From: a virus | Lineage: Duplodnaviria; Heunggongvirae; Uroviricota; Caudoviricetes | Direction: 5' to 3' (one strand) | Length of the DNA: 55,222 nt | Virus record (IMG/VR): IMGVR_UViG_3300039452_000031 | Part shown: positions 44,110-52,823 of the stretch, in pieces | Numbering within the stretch: position 1 is the stretch's first letter | Layout of the letters: the number at the start of each line of letters is the position of its first letter | Translations under genes and position numbers: made by a program | The notes under the pieces: model-generated | What the model was told of the DNA's origin: nothing | What the model saw: the letters and a program-made list of their open reading frames with translations, nothing else | Databases searched by the model: none

Positions 44110-44851
44110 TCCTCTATGAATACGCGAGATTGCTTCAGGTGCTGTGCACCAGTCCCAATCGCAATTCTGGCATCCTTAACCAACCCAACTAGTCCTCATC
44201 CTACTAGCTGAGGAAGAGAAAAGAGGCGTAGCCTCGTCCTCGATGTGGTAGGGGAGCAAGGCGACCCTACCCATTCCAGCTTGAGGTCTCTTGCGCGGTC
44301 CAAGGCGTAGCCGAGGAGCTACGAAGTGGAGTCGAGAGACGTAGCGAACGGAGCGTGTGAAGCGCTGGAAGCGCGGAACGAAGCGTAGTGGAGCGGAGAC
44401 GAAGACGAGCGTGCACGGAGCGAAGCGAAGTGCTCGTAGCTACCCGAATCCGTTTAGGGTACCGCACCTCTTCCAAGACCTGCAGAGAATGGGTGACCTA
44501 AACTTTCTCGGTCATCACCTGGAAGACCTACCCTTCGCTTTGCTCAGGGTTAACGGTCTTCAGTTGACGAAGGGAACCTTCACCCCAACTAGTTTGTTGC
44601 CTCAGAGTAGTTCTTTGGCTACTCCGCGCTTCCAGCGCTTCGTAGCCCAAAGTCTAGGAGCCTAGGCTGCTAAATCCTAGCTATTTCTGGTCTCATTTAT
44701 AGATGCTAAGGCTCTTAAGGAAGACCTTAGAATCCATAAATCCCATGGCTAAGGACAGAGCATTTATAATGGATTCCTAAGGTTTTGACCTCGCCCCTTT
44801 TATATTATAGATTCTAAGGCTCTAGTAAAGAGACCTTAGCGTTTGTAAAAA
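44110..44851. other. Large non-coding strand-switch region; candidate replication origin
   Basis: No credible ORF; GAAGCG/GGAGCG repeats, a 19 bp inverted repeat, and an AT-rich tract with seven YTAAGG hexamers. Confidence 0.5.
44359..44641. repeat. 19 bp perfect inverted repeat (44359-44377 and 44623-44641)
   Basis: GAAGCGCTGGAAGCGCGGA and its reverse complement TCCGCGCTTCCAGCGCTTC. Confidence 0.9.
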
Positions 44852-44860
44852 CTGTAAACA
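44852..44860 (+). promoter_or_regulatory. Putative rightward promoter motif CTGTAAACA
   Basis: About 33 nt upstream of the ATG at 44893. Confidence 0.5.
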
Positions 44861-44892
44861 AACCGGGTAGGTCAACTAAACCGGAGTTCCAG

Positions 44893-46971
44893 ATGCCACG
44901 TATTTTCAACTACATCGATGCCTCCCCAGGTGCAGGTAAGACCGAGTATTTCGTTAACAAGGCGGTCAAGCACCTTGAGGGACCTTCGAAGCAGATCCTA
45001 GTGTATGTGGCACCTACCATCCAGCTCCTGTCTGAGGCTCTGAGACGGGTGCATGCCAGGACAAAGTTCCCACCCCATAAGGTTCACCTTGTGGTTGACA
45101 AGGGGGTGGGTTGCAGCAAGCTCGATCTAACAGACATACCTAGGACAGACCTGCGCATTCCGGCTGACCAAGCCACTGTGGCTGTCAACTACCTACTAGG
45201 TCTCATTCCAGAGGATGAGTATAAGGATCTGAAGCAGCGCAACGGTTACCGAAGGTCTTGCGTCCGACCGCTTCAGGATGGGGATGTCTTGTTCACAACT
45301 CATGAGACGTTCCTTCGTGTTCGGATGCGGGACGCTAGCCCTAACCCTTTCCAGATCCTCAAGAAATGTCATGTGGTCTTCGACGAAGCCCGCAACTGTG
45401 TGGCTCATACTCGATCTGTGCAGATGAAGGGTAAGCAGTGGCTCAACTTTTTGAACTCAATCGAGACCGAGACGCATGCGCGAGTGACTACAAAGGGGCA
45501 GCCTTCTTGGCATGTGATGAAGATCATCAACGTTCCCAAGTTGGCAACCTTGAAGCGGGTATTCAAGGTCACGACCACAGATCAGCTCCCAGAGACAGCC
45601 AGAGTAATTCATCGAGACTTCACAAAGTTCGCTAAAGATGGTCGTGCCGCCCTGTACATCACGGGCACTGATGTGGCCAATCTAACGGATCGTAAGAATC
45701 CGAAGGTTACCTTATACGCCATCATTAGGCCTGTGACATTGTTTGAGCACTATGGTCGAGTTACATTGACGTCCGCGTTTTTTAAGGACAGCCAAATGTA
45801 TCACTTCTTGAAGGCGGATGGTCACTCGTTTAACTCCCTTCTTGACGGTGATGATCCTGACGTGGCGGTTATCCGAAAACGAGACCTCCTTCTGAAGTCC
45901 AAGGTCTCTAAGCGCCTCCGGGTTGCCCCACTGATCGCATCACCAGCCTTGTCCTCAAACACTAGGTTCAGAAGTAGCTTGACCACAACCCTGTTACAGA
46001 GTGGGTTGCTTGTACCCATAACCTACAGGCCAAAACCTGGAACCGAGGCTGCAGCCGCAGCCTTATCTCGCATGGCTTCTGGCGAACTCTACCCCAGTGA
46101 GCAGGCTCTATCCCAACACATAGCGCCACCTATCTGGGTTCTGATTCGGGAAGCTGCCAAGGTCTTCGCTATGTGGCAAAAGAACTACCCTGAGTCTGAC
46201 GTAGCTCTCTTGACGCTGAACAAGGACAGAGGACAAAAGTGGGAACCTAGCGGGGTGAACCACATGGGGGTTGTCCGAACCATCGCTAACTATGGTCGCC
46301 TTCAGGCTAGTAAAGGCATCGGGGGGTTCTCCTCAACCACGCACCCTGATTCAGCACTGACCTCTGAGAGTTGGGTCTCCTTTTTACGCAACACCTTGTG
46401 GTGCGAGTCCAAGACCGGCATCTTTCACCTGACCAGCTCTCCTGTTCTCTACGGAGTCAATACGTTCTCACGACTTCAGGCATTCGTTCACTTGTCTGCC
46501 CTGAACCCAGCTCCTGACCTTATTCGCCTATACGAAGTCCTGCTACCGAGCTACAACATAGACCTTGACCATTCTATAGACAACCTGATGCAGATGTTGT
46601 ACCGAACAAATCTTCGGGATCCGAAAGGCACCAGCAAAATCCTACTAATCACTCCCTACGAAACGTCCGCCCAGCTTATGGCACGCAAGTTGGGTGTAGA
46701 AGAGTTCTCCATCATAAGGCCCCCGAAACTTAAAGTCTGGGATTACACCAAGGAGCGAGATGACGACGAGTTTACCCAGACTCGTTCCCGCGGGGGTAAA
46801 GCAAAACGCAAATACACCGAAGAAGGTGCCTTGGAGGTTGTCAGGGTTCGGGCCCGTCTCCATGCCGCAAAGAAAGTGGATGCCAGCCACTCTACCCCAG
46901 ATTCTCGAAAGAAAATCAAACAACTCGAAGCCCTTTTAGCTTCAATCATGGACTCGGCCAGGATTAAATAA
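44893..46971 (+). CDS. SF2 helicase-like protein, candidate origin-binding/initiator protein
   Basis: Walker A ASPGAGKT, motif Ia YVAPT, TTHETF, Walker B VFDEA and motif VI-like QMLYRTNLR. Confidence 0.7.
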   Translation: MPRIFNYIDASPGAGKTEYFVNKAVKHLEGPSKQILVYVAPTIQLLSEALRRVHARTKFPPHKVHLVVDKGVGCSKLDLTDIPRTDLRIPADQATVAVNYLLGLIPEDEYKDLKQRNGYRRSCVRPLQDGDVLFTTHETFLRVRMRDASPNPFQILKKCHVVFDEARNCVAHTRSVQMKGKQWLNFLNSIETETHARVTTKGQPSWHVMKIINVPKLATLKRVFKVTTTDQLPETARVIHRDFTKFAKDGRAALYITGTDVANLTDRKNPKVTLYAIIRPVTLFEHYGRVTLTSAFFKDSQMYHFLKADGHSFNSLLDGDDPDVAVIRKRDLLLKSKVSKRLRVAPLIASPALSSNTRFRSSLTTTLLQSGLLVPITYRPKPGTEAAAAALSRMASGELYPSEQALSQHIAPPIWVLIREAAKVFAMWQKNYPESDVALLTLNKDRGQKWEPSGVNHMGVVRTIANYGRLQASKGIGGFSSTTHPDSALTSESWVSFLRNTLWCESKTGIFHLTSSPVLYGVNTFSRLQAFVHLSALNPAPDLIRLYEVLLPSYNIDLDHSIDNLMQMLYRTNLRDPKGTSKILLITPYETSAQLMARKLGVEEFSIIRPPKLKVWDYTKERDDDEFTQTRSRGGKAKRKYTEEGALEVVRVRARLHAAKKVDASHSTPDSRKKIKQLEALLASIMDSARIK

Positions 46972-46988
46972 GGACAGTAAATAGGATC

Positions 46989-47528
46989 ATGAAATATCAC
47001 GTCAAAGCCTACAAGCACAACGCCGTACCTGGGTCTGTCTTCCGGCAAGGTGCTTACACTTGGACGCCGGCCGACGGTCCGGACTTCACGGCCTCCAGCC
47101 AACTTCAGAGCCTCAAGGACTGGTACTCAGATCCTTCCCGCTTTCAGACCTACGTAGTGACCTCCCCGTCCATGGGTAGGGCCCAATTGATGGCCGCCCA
47201 TCTTCTTAACCACCATGTGGTGCGCCATCCTCTGGCCGCTCCTTACTGGGCAACGGTCTACGATAAAGAAGAGGACGAGTTCACGGGTTCGGTTTACGAG
47301 AAGCTGTTGGTCAAGGATATGGAGATCACGATGTTGGTCTTGACCTTGACCAAGACCACAAGTCTTCAGGTAGAGGTCGCCCGTGACCTGTTGGTCAAGT
47401 ACATGGTGCCAACTGTGGTCGTAGCCTCAGGTGTGTATCCAACGGAACTCGCTCGCGCCATGTACCTGTCGGCGCACCGCATCGCCTACATCAACACCTC
47501 AACAGTCAAGGAGCTTGGAAATGACTGA
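46989..47528 (+). CDS. Hypothetical protein, possibly a degenerate DnaC/IstB-like ATPase fold
   Basis: TSPSMGRAQL in a P-loop-like position followed by an alpha/beta pattern; similarity is weak. Confidence 0.55.
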   Translation: MKYHVKAYKHNAVPGSVFRQGAYTWTPADGPDFTASSQLQSLKDWYSDPSRFQTYVVTSPSMGRAQLMAAHLLNHHVVRHPLAAPYWATVYDKEEDEFTGSVYEKLLVKDMEITMLVLTLTKTTSLQVEVARDLLVKYMVPTVVVASGVYPTELARAMYLSAHRIAYINTSTVKELGND

Positions 47529-48171
47529 CTCTAAAGACCTGTCGCTACCCAAAGACGTGCTCTATGCACGAAACCCTAGCGACCCTCAAGGTCGACACGC
47601 CTTCATCCGTGTCCATCCCAATGGTGTTCAGGAAATCATCTACCCTCAGAAGGTCCCTGCACACTGGGAGGCAATGAAGAATGACTTCCCGACCTCGCGA
47701 TTAGCAGTCATGAGGGTTCTTCACGCTCAGGGTCTCCTTTCTCCTAACCCAGGTATGTACTGCTGGTCTGGTGCGATGTGGTCATTCCCTTACGGTCATC
47801 TTCTTAGTGGTGAGAAGGATTGGGCATCTTTCCCTGAACTGTTCCCTTCGTCGGCGCAAGAAGCCTACGACCTTACAGCCGACACTATGGCCTTCGGCAT
47901 CTTCCAGGAAGGTATCATCCTCTCGGGGAGAATCAAACTCAAGAACGGTGATCGAATTGAGGTCTCCGAGGAACATGCCTTGGCCGGAGGCGAGCGGTAC
48001 GTTGTTTGGTCCTATCGGAATAGTTTCGACTATGCCTCGACCTTCTTGACTGAGCAGGACTGGGCTATCGAGCTTATGAAATCGTGGGCCAATCCTCTTC
48101 ACGCGACCTTCGACCCCAAGAAGGCCAAGCGCGTTCTCGCCTATCTGCTACGTACCTCGGGCAAGCAATGA
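47521..48171 (+). CDS. Hypothetical protein (216 aa)
   Basis: GGAG upstream of the ATG at 47521; overlaps both neighbours. Confidence 0.65.
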   Translation: MTDSKDLSLPKDVLYARNPSDPQGRHAFIRVHPNGVQEIIYPQKVPAHWEAMKNDFPTSRLAVMRVLHAQGLLSPNPGMYCWSGAMWSFPYGHLLSGEKDWASFPELFPSSAQEAYDLTADTMAFGIFQEGIILSGRIKLKNGDRIEVSEEHALAGGERYVVWSYRNSFDYASTFLTEQDWAIELMKSWANPLHATFDPKKAKRVLAYLLRTSGKQ

Positions 48172-51005
48172 CGACCGACCTGGCTATACTCCCTCTTACC
48201 GAGGCAATGGATCAGGTTTTGTTGGCTTGGCGTGCTGGGGACTTAGGTAAGGTTCACCGCTGGCTGGAGCAATATGACCTGATTCGGAATCCAAACCTAG
48301 TGGGAACCAAGACCTGGGACCAACTAGCGTCTGCACCTGGGGCGACCTACAGCAACCCTAAAGAAGAGGAAAAGATAGAACTCACGGAGTGTCAGAAGAA
48401 GGCGTGGGTGAGGATTCAGAATTGGATTCAGTCTGATAGACCGTACTTTAATCTCCGTGGCTACGCAGGTACAGGCAAATGCGTGGTAGGCTCAACCCTT
48501 GTGGGGACCTCTAATGGTCTACTAACCCTAAGGGAATTATTCAAAGAAGCACAAATACCACTAAAGAGAGACAAGGAGACTGAGGTCCTACTAGACGGCT
48601 TTCGCGTGGATACTGCTTTAGGTAGGAGAAAGATTGGGGGCTTCTATACAAAAGAAGTCACTCGAACCGTTAGAGTAAAAACCTCTAACATGCTATACCT
48701 CGAGGGTACCCCCAACCACAAAGTGAAAACTCTCACTTCGCAGGGATTTAAATGGATACCATTAGAGAATCTTAGTGAAGGTGACGTCATTGTTGGGTCG
48801 ACCTCCCCAAAATGGCCTGGTACAAGTTCTAAGCTTCTGTGTAAGAATACATTTGTGTCTGACCTGGTGCGCTCAGAGGAGTATCGTAACCCTACACCCC
48901 AGTACGAGACCCCAGTAGAATTGACTTTTGAGCTAGCACGTCTTTTGGGCTACCTAGTAGCCGATGGTTACATGGCCGGCTCAGGTTTCAAGGTTACGAA
49001 CTTTAACCGACTCATTTTGAAAGACCTTAGCAAATGTATCGAGACCTGCTTTCCTGATGTGACCATTCATGAACAACCCAACACGCTAACCGTTAGATCA
49101 AAACATTTGCGCCTTTGGCTGCACCACGCATGTGGGTTTAGCCAGGAATTGGCATGCAAATCCCGTCACAAGCAAATTCCGGAAATCATAAGGCGGGCGC
49201 CTAAGGAGTTCTTTTTAGAATTTCTCGGTGCTTACTTATCATGTGACTCCGAGTTGACAAACGCCGGACTAAGGATTTGTTCGGCTTCCAAGAATTTGGT
49301 CGCTCAACTGATTACTACACTGACCTATCATGGCCTACAACCCGCTTCTACTGGGCACACCCGTAAATCCGCTACAAACGGTAGCGGGACGCTGAGGAGC
49401 TATTACCATGCGTTCTACAATGCCTCGTCCGTAAAGCCTTTGCTTCAAGCACTAAAGTTGCTGAAACCTGTGCCAAGAGGTAGTAACCAGGATCAGCGAC
49501 GACTACCTGATATTGTGGTCGAGGCCTGGAAAACTCTGAGAAGCGCCTTTGTTACCGTCAATAACAACTCGTCACAAGTCAAACTGGCTAATGGGTCCCT
49601 GGTCCCGTGCAAGCTCAACAGCTTGCGTAAAGGCCTCCTAACCTCACGCGCAGGTTCAGGAACTCACCTGACTCGAAGGGCTATCCAAGGTTTGAACCTC
49701 GAGCTTGCTGCCAAAATAAATCCAGAAGCAGCCTTTATACTTGAACAGGCCTTAAACCCCTCCTGCATTCTGTCTACGGTAAAAGCTGTATCAATAAGGA
49801 ATCGTAAGACACGAGTTTATGATGTGTGCGTACCAGGCCCCCATGAATTTCTAGCGAACGGGCTGGTTAACCACAACACGTTTCTTATGAAGATGGTTCT
49901 GCAACTGGACCGACATAATTGCATCTTCTCCGCACCTACGAACAAGGCTACTAAGGTCTTGTCCGACTTCCTTGGCTTGAAATGTAGGACCACATACTCG
50001 GTTCTAGGTCTGAGAATGACCGCCGATGAGGATAAGAAAAAGATCACATCCTCAGGTCGGCGCCTTGATCTTGGTCGGGACCCAATCTTGGTTATCGATG
50101 AGTGCGGCATGATCCCTTCCTTCATGGTCGAGATTATCATCGACCTTGTGAGGTCTATCGGCCTCCGTGTCATGTTCGTTGGCGACCCTGCGCAGTTGAA
50201 TCCTGTGGGTGAACGTCGCTCTCAGTGCTGGGACTTGGCGGAGAAAGAAGACCGAGCCCTCTTGCGAGAGGTCAAGCGCTACGACAACCAGCTGCTTGAC
50301 TTGTCGATGGTCCTCAGGGCCCACATCAAGGCCAAGGATTTCAACCTCTGCATTGAACCCAACAACGACGGTCATGAAGGTGTGTTCGTCACCCCCAGGC
50401 GTCGAATGGACAAGCTAATCCTCTCCAAGCCTCTCGACTACTGGCGCACGTCCAAGGTTGCGGCTTGGCGTAACAAGACCGTGGACGGCTACAACCAAAT
50501 GATTCGTGCCAACTTGGGTCTGAAGAACGACATGGACATCGGTGACCAAATCCTTCTCGCCGAACCCATCATGGAAGGTCAAAACATTATGGCCTATACG
50601 GATGAAGAATTCACGGTCTCTTCGATTCAGAAACGGACTTTCAAGTTCGAGGAAGGCAACATCCCATCACGAGTGTTTGCCTTAGATGGTTCGGCATTCA
50701 CGATTGCCGTGCCAGACAACCCTGCTACGTTGGAAACCTTGCTAGCGCATCGGGCATCCAAGGCTTCGGCAGCGCGCAACCGTATTGACCGCGCGGCGAA
50801 GTGGAAAGATTTCTGGGCTCTTAAGGAATCGTTCACCAAAGTTCGGCACGCGTATGCACTTACTGCCCACCGCCTCCAGGGCTCCTCGGTGGACGACATT
50901 TATGTGGACCGTGCGGACGTTATGGCCAATCAAGATGGCTTGGAAGCCTTACGGTGTATGTACGTGTTGGCAACCCGCCCCAGAAAGTCTTTTCACACGG
51001 TGTGA
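48168..51005 (+). CDS. Dda/RecD-like SF1B helicase interrupted by an intein
   Basis: GYAGTGK-[intein]-T, APTNKA, VIDE, VGDPAQL.PV, RY, and YALTAHRLQGSS...YV..TRP motifs. Confidence 0.92.
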   Translation: MTTDLAILPLTEAMDQVLLAWRAGDLGKVHRWLEQYDLIRNPNLVGTKTWDQLASAPGATYSNPKEEEKIELTECQKKAWVRIQNWIQSDRPYFNLRGYAGTGKCVVGSTLVGTSNGLLTLRELFKEAQIPLKRDKETEVLLDGFRVDTALGRRKIGGFYTKEVTRTVRVKTSNMLYLEGTPNHKVKTLTSQGFKWIPLENLSEGDVIVGSTSPKWPGTSSKLLCKNTFVSDLVRSEEYRNPTPQYETPVELTFELARLLGYLVADGYMAGSGFKVTNFNRLILKDLSKCIETCFPDVTIHEQPNTLTVRSKHLRLWLHHACGFSQELACKSRHKQIPEIIRRAPKEFFLEFLGAYLSCDSELTNAGLRICSASKNLVAQLITTLTYHGLQPASTGHTRKSATNGSGTLRSYYHAFYNASSVKPLLQALKLLKPVPRGSNQDQRRLPDIVVEAWKTLRSAFVTVNNNSSQVKLANGSLVPCKLNSLRKGLLTSRAGSGTHLTRRAIQGLNLELAAKINPEAAFILEQALNPSCILSTVKAVSIRNRKTRVYDVCVPGPHEFLANGLVNHNTFLMKMVLQLDRHNCIFSAPTNKATKVLSDFLGLKCRTTYSVLGLRMTADEDKKKITSSGRRLDLGRDPILVIDECGMIPSFMVEIIIDLVRSIGLRVMFVGDPAQLNPVGERRSQCWDLAEKEDRALLREVKRYDNQLLDLSMVLRAHIKAKDFNLCIEPNNDGHEGVFVTPRRRMDKLILSKPLDYWRTSKVAAWRNKTVDGYNQMIRANLGLKNDMDIGDQILLAEPIMEGQNIMAYTDEEFTVSSIQKRTFKFEEGNIPSRVFALDGSAFTIAVPDNPATLETLLAHRASKASAARNRIDRAAKWKDFWALKESFTKVRHAYALTAHRLQGSSVDDIYVDRADVMANQDGLEALRCMYVLATRPRKSFHTV
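48480..49877 (+). mobile_element. Intein with a LAGLIDADG homing endonuclease (466 aa) in the helicase P-loop
   Basis: CVVGST, TPNH, LLGYLVADG, FLGAYLSCDS, VYDVCV and NHN followed by Thr+1. Confidence 0.95.
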
Positions 51006-51015
51006 TGGCAAGAAA

Positions 51016-51025
51016 CTGTAAATAC
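51016..51025 (+). promoter_or_regulatory. Putative phage promoter motif CTGTAAATAC
   Basis: Intergenic, about 28 nt upstream of the ATG at 51053. Confidence 0.55.
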
Positions 51026-51052
51026 GCGTGTTCATAACCCATAGGAGAACCG

Positions 51053-51547
51053 ATGAACACGAACGACGACCAAATTGACCTGACCGAAGGCACTCAAGAC
51101 GCGGCAAGCAGCGGCGCGAACGGTCAGGCTGCCCTCTCTGACGCCCCTGCCCAAGGCCTCGCTGGCGGTGATGTGCAGGTCTCCCAACAGCAAGTGCCTA
51201 CCGTGCCGGCACTCACGCTCGTGGCACAAATGCAGCAAGGTGGCCTGTGCATCGGCTTCGCTGACCGCGCAGCAATCCAAGCCGCTCAGGATGCTGCCAA
51301 GGACGGTGGCGAACCGCAGCAGATTGAACTCCAAGGTCAGAACACTTACCCTGACCTGGCCTTGGCCGTTGACGAGCTGACCAACATTCTGGCGTTCGCT
51401 CACCGAGCCCTGCTCGACGTGGCGGTCTCCAACGGTAAGATGCTTGGTCGCCAGGAGCTCCTGGCCCAATTGCAACAGGGCGCTGCCAACCAAACGCAAG
51501 GCCAAGTCGGCACAGCCCAGAACGCATCGGGACAAACTCTGCAATGA
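51053..51547 (+). CDS. Gln/Ala-rich hypothetical protein
   Basis: AGGAG upstream of the ATG; ATGA overlap with the next gene. Confidence 0.75.
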   Translation: MNTNDDQIDLTEGTQDAASSGANGQAALSDAPAQGLAGGDVQVSQQQVPTVPALTLVAQMQQGGLCIGFADRAAIQAAQDAAKDGGEPQQIELQGQNTYPDLALAVDELTNILAFAHRALLDVAVSNGKMLGRQELLAQLQQGAANQTQGQVGTAQNASGQTLQ

Positions 51548-51891
51548 TAGTCGAGCCCATCTATCTGGATCACAACGGGGTAGGGGCCTGCTCGTATGTC
51601 CCTGTGCATCATCCGATGTATGGGCATCGATATCAAGTTGAGGCACCTGACGGCCGTACCCTTGCAGTCCTCAACTTTCAAGAAGGCCCTGTGCCCGCCA
51701 ATGGTGTCAATGGCGTTACCAACGAAACCCTAATTGCGGTTCTCATTCATCGTCTGGAAGTCCTCAACGCGAAAGTTGCCTGCGAAGAAAACACGCAGGC
51801 GATCTTCTACTTGCACGAGGCACTGAGTGCCCTGGAGTCCAGAACCAAGCAACGTATGGCACGTGGCGTCGAAGGCCACGAGAAAGAGTGA
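51544..51891 (+). CDS. tad1: Tad1-like anti-defence signal-sequestering protein
   Basis: H.Y.V...FQEGP....NGV....LI..L..RL......EN..A...L.EAL..L..R...R..R.VEG follows the Tad1 family pattern. Confidence 0.75.
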   Translation: MIVEPIYLDHNGVGACSYVPVHHPMYGHRYQVEAPDGRTLAVLNFQEGPVPANGVNGVTNETLIAVLIHRLEVLNAKVACEENTQAIFYLHEALSALESRTKQRMARGVEGHEKE

Positions 51892-51892
51892 T

Positions 51893-52516
51893 ATGCAAAA
51901 GGTGACAATCGCCGACCTCGAAAGAGGCAAAGACAGGGACCCGATCTGGGCCCTAAACGGTTCGACTTCCTCTCCGGACATCGCCCAGCCTGGTGACGTC
52001 CATGTCCAAATTCCGAAGGGGAATGGAACGAAGTCTGACGATCTGGTTCTTGACCAGACCTGGCTTCCCATCTGTCTGACAGAACAGATTCCTCGCCAGC
52101 AACTGCTGGCCGCCTCAGAGTTCCGCGTCGCGGTTCGTAAGGGCCTGATTCAACTCATCACCGAGGAAGACGCTAAGGCGATCCTAAGCCAGGACGGTGC
52201 TGATGAGGAAGATGAGCGAATCAAGGAAGCCAAGCGGCGTGTACGTGAAGCCTCGGCTGCCAAGGGCATCAATGAGGACAATGTGCAAGTGATCTCTCAC
52301 GAGGAAATCAAGGAGAAGGAGACCGAGCAGGTCGGCCCTGAATCCAATCCGCAATTCCTCATGTTCGTGGACAGCCTGGAAGGGAAGAATGACATCCAGA
52401 CCTTGAACTTGATCCGCTCCCGCGGCAAGTTCAAGCGCTCGGAGATCCAGCATCTGGCTAAGGTGCTGGTCGACAAGCCGAAGACGGTGTCGTTCTTGAA
52501 GGCCAAGCTGGTCTGA
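51893..52516 (+). CDS. Hypothetical protein (207 aa)
   Basis: ATG 1 nt after the upstream stop; charged central helix. Confidence 0.75.
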   Translation: MQKVTIADLERGKDRDPIWALNGSTSSPDIAQPGDVHVQIPKGNGTKSDDLVLDQTWLPICLTEQIPRQQLLAASEFRVAVRKGLIQLITEEDAKAILSQDGADEEDERIKEAKRRVREASAAKGINEDNVQVISHEEIKEKETEQVGPESNPQFLMFVDSLEGKNDIQTLNLIRSRGKFKRSEIQHLAKVLVDKPKTVSFLKAKLV

Positions 52517-52541
52517 TTCGGCGCCCAACTCAGCGCAAGAC

Positions 52542-52571
52542 AAGGGAAGTCAGTGATGGCTTCCCTTTTTT
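52542..52571 (+). terminator. Rho-independent terminator
   Basis: AAGGGAAGUCA-GUGA-UGGCUUCCCUU followed by a U-run. Confidence 0.88.
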
Positions 52572-52635
52572 GTCGTCTCCGCGTCTTCTCCTACGCTGCC
52601 GAACCTTGTCAACCTCTTCCTGACGCTCAGGAACG

Positions 52636-52719
52636 TCAAAAATGCTCGATTTTTGAGCAGGATTCGCTGTCAAGGGCTGAAAATCAGTGTTTTCACTGAG
52701 AAAAATCGAGCATTTTTGA
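52636..52719. repeat. 19 bp inverted repeat of self-palindromic elements, with an internal hairpin
   Basis: TCAAAAATGCTCGATTTTT (52636-52654) and AAAAATCGAGCATTTTTGA (52701-52719); TCAGTG-TTTT-CACTGA at 52684-52699. Confidence 0.85.
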
Positions 52720-52749
52720 GCGTTTCAGCACGTTCCAGCCGGTTTCCGG

Positions 52750-52758
52750 TGCTATACT
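52750..52758 (+). promoter_or_regulatory. Extended -10 sigma70-like promoter element (TGcTATACT)
   Basis: Precedes a run of small plus-strand ORFs; no good -35 at canonical spacing. Confidence 0.5.
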
Positions 52759-52823
52759 GAAAGCGCGGAGACGCAGCCATGGTGCTGCGCGTATTTCGTG
52801 AAAACGATCTAGAAAGGTCTGAT

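Noticed and set aside
44310-44440. CRISPR array or tRNA in the intergenic region
   Set aside because: The repeats are 5-6 nt degenerate units without regular unique spacers; no cloverleaf or T-loop GTTCRA arrangement was recognised.
44267-44665. ORFs 44267-44476 (-) and 44357-44665 (+)
   Set aside because: They are translations of the low-complexity repeat tract, with no RBS or protein-like composition.
44765-44809. Divergent sigma70 promoters from two TATAAT hexamers
   Set aside because: No acceptable -35 or TG extension at the right spacing; likely a by-product of the AT-rich tract.
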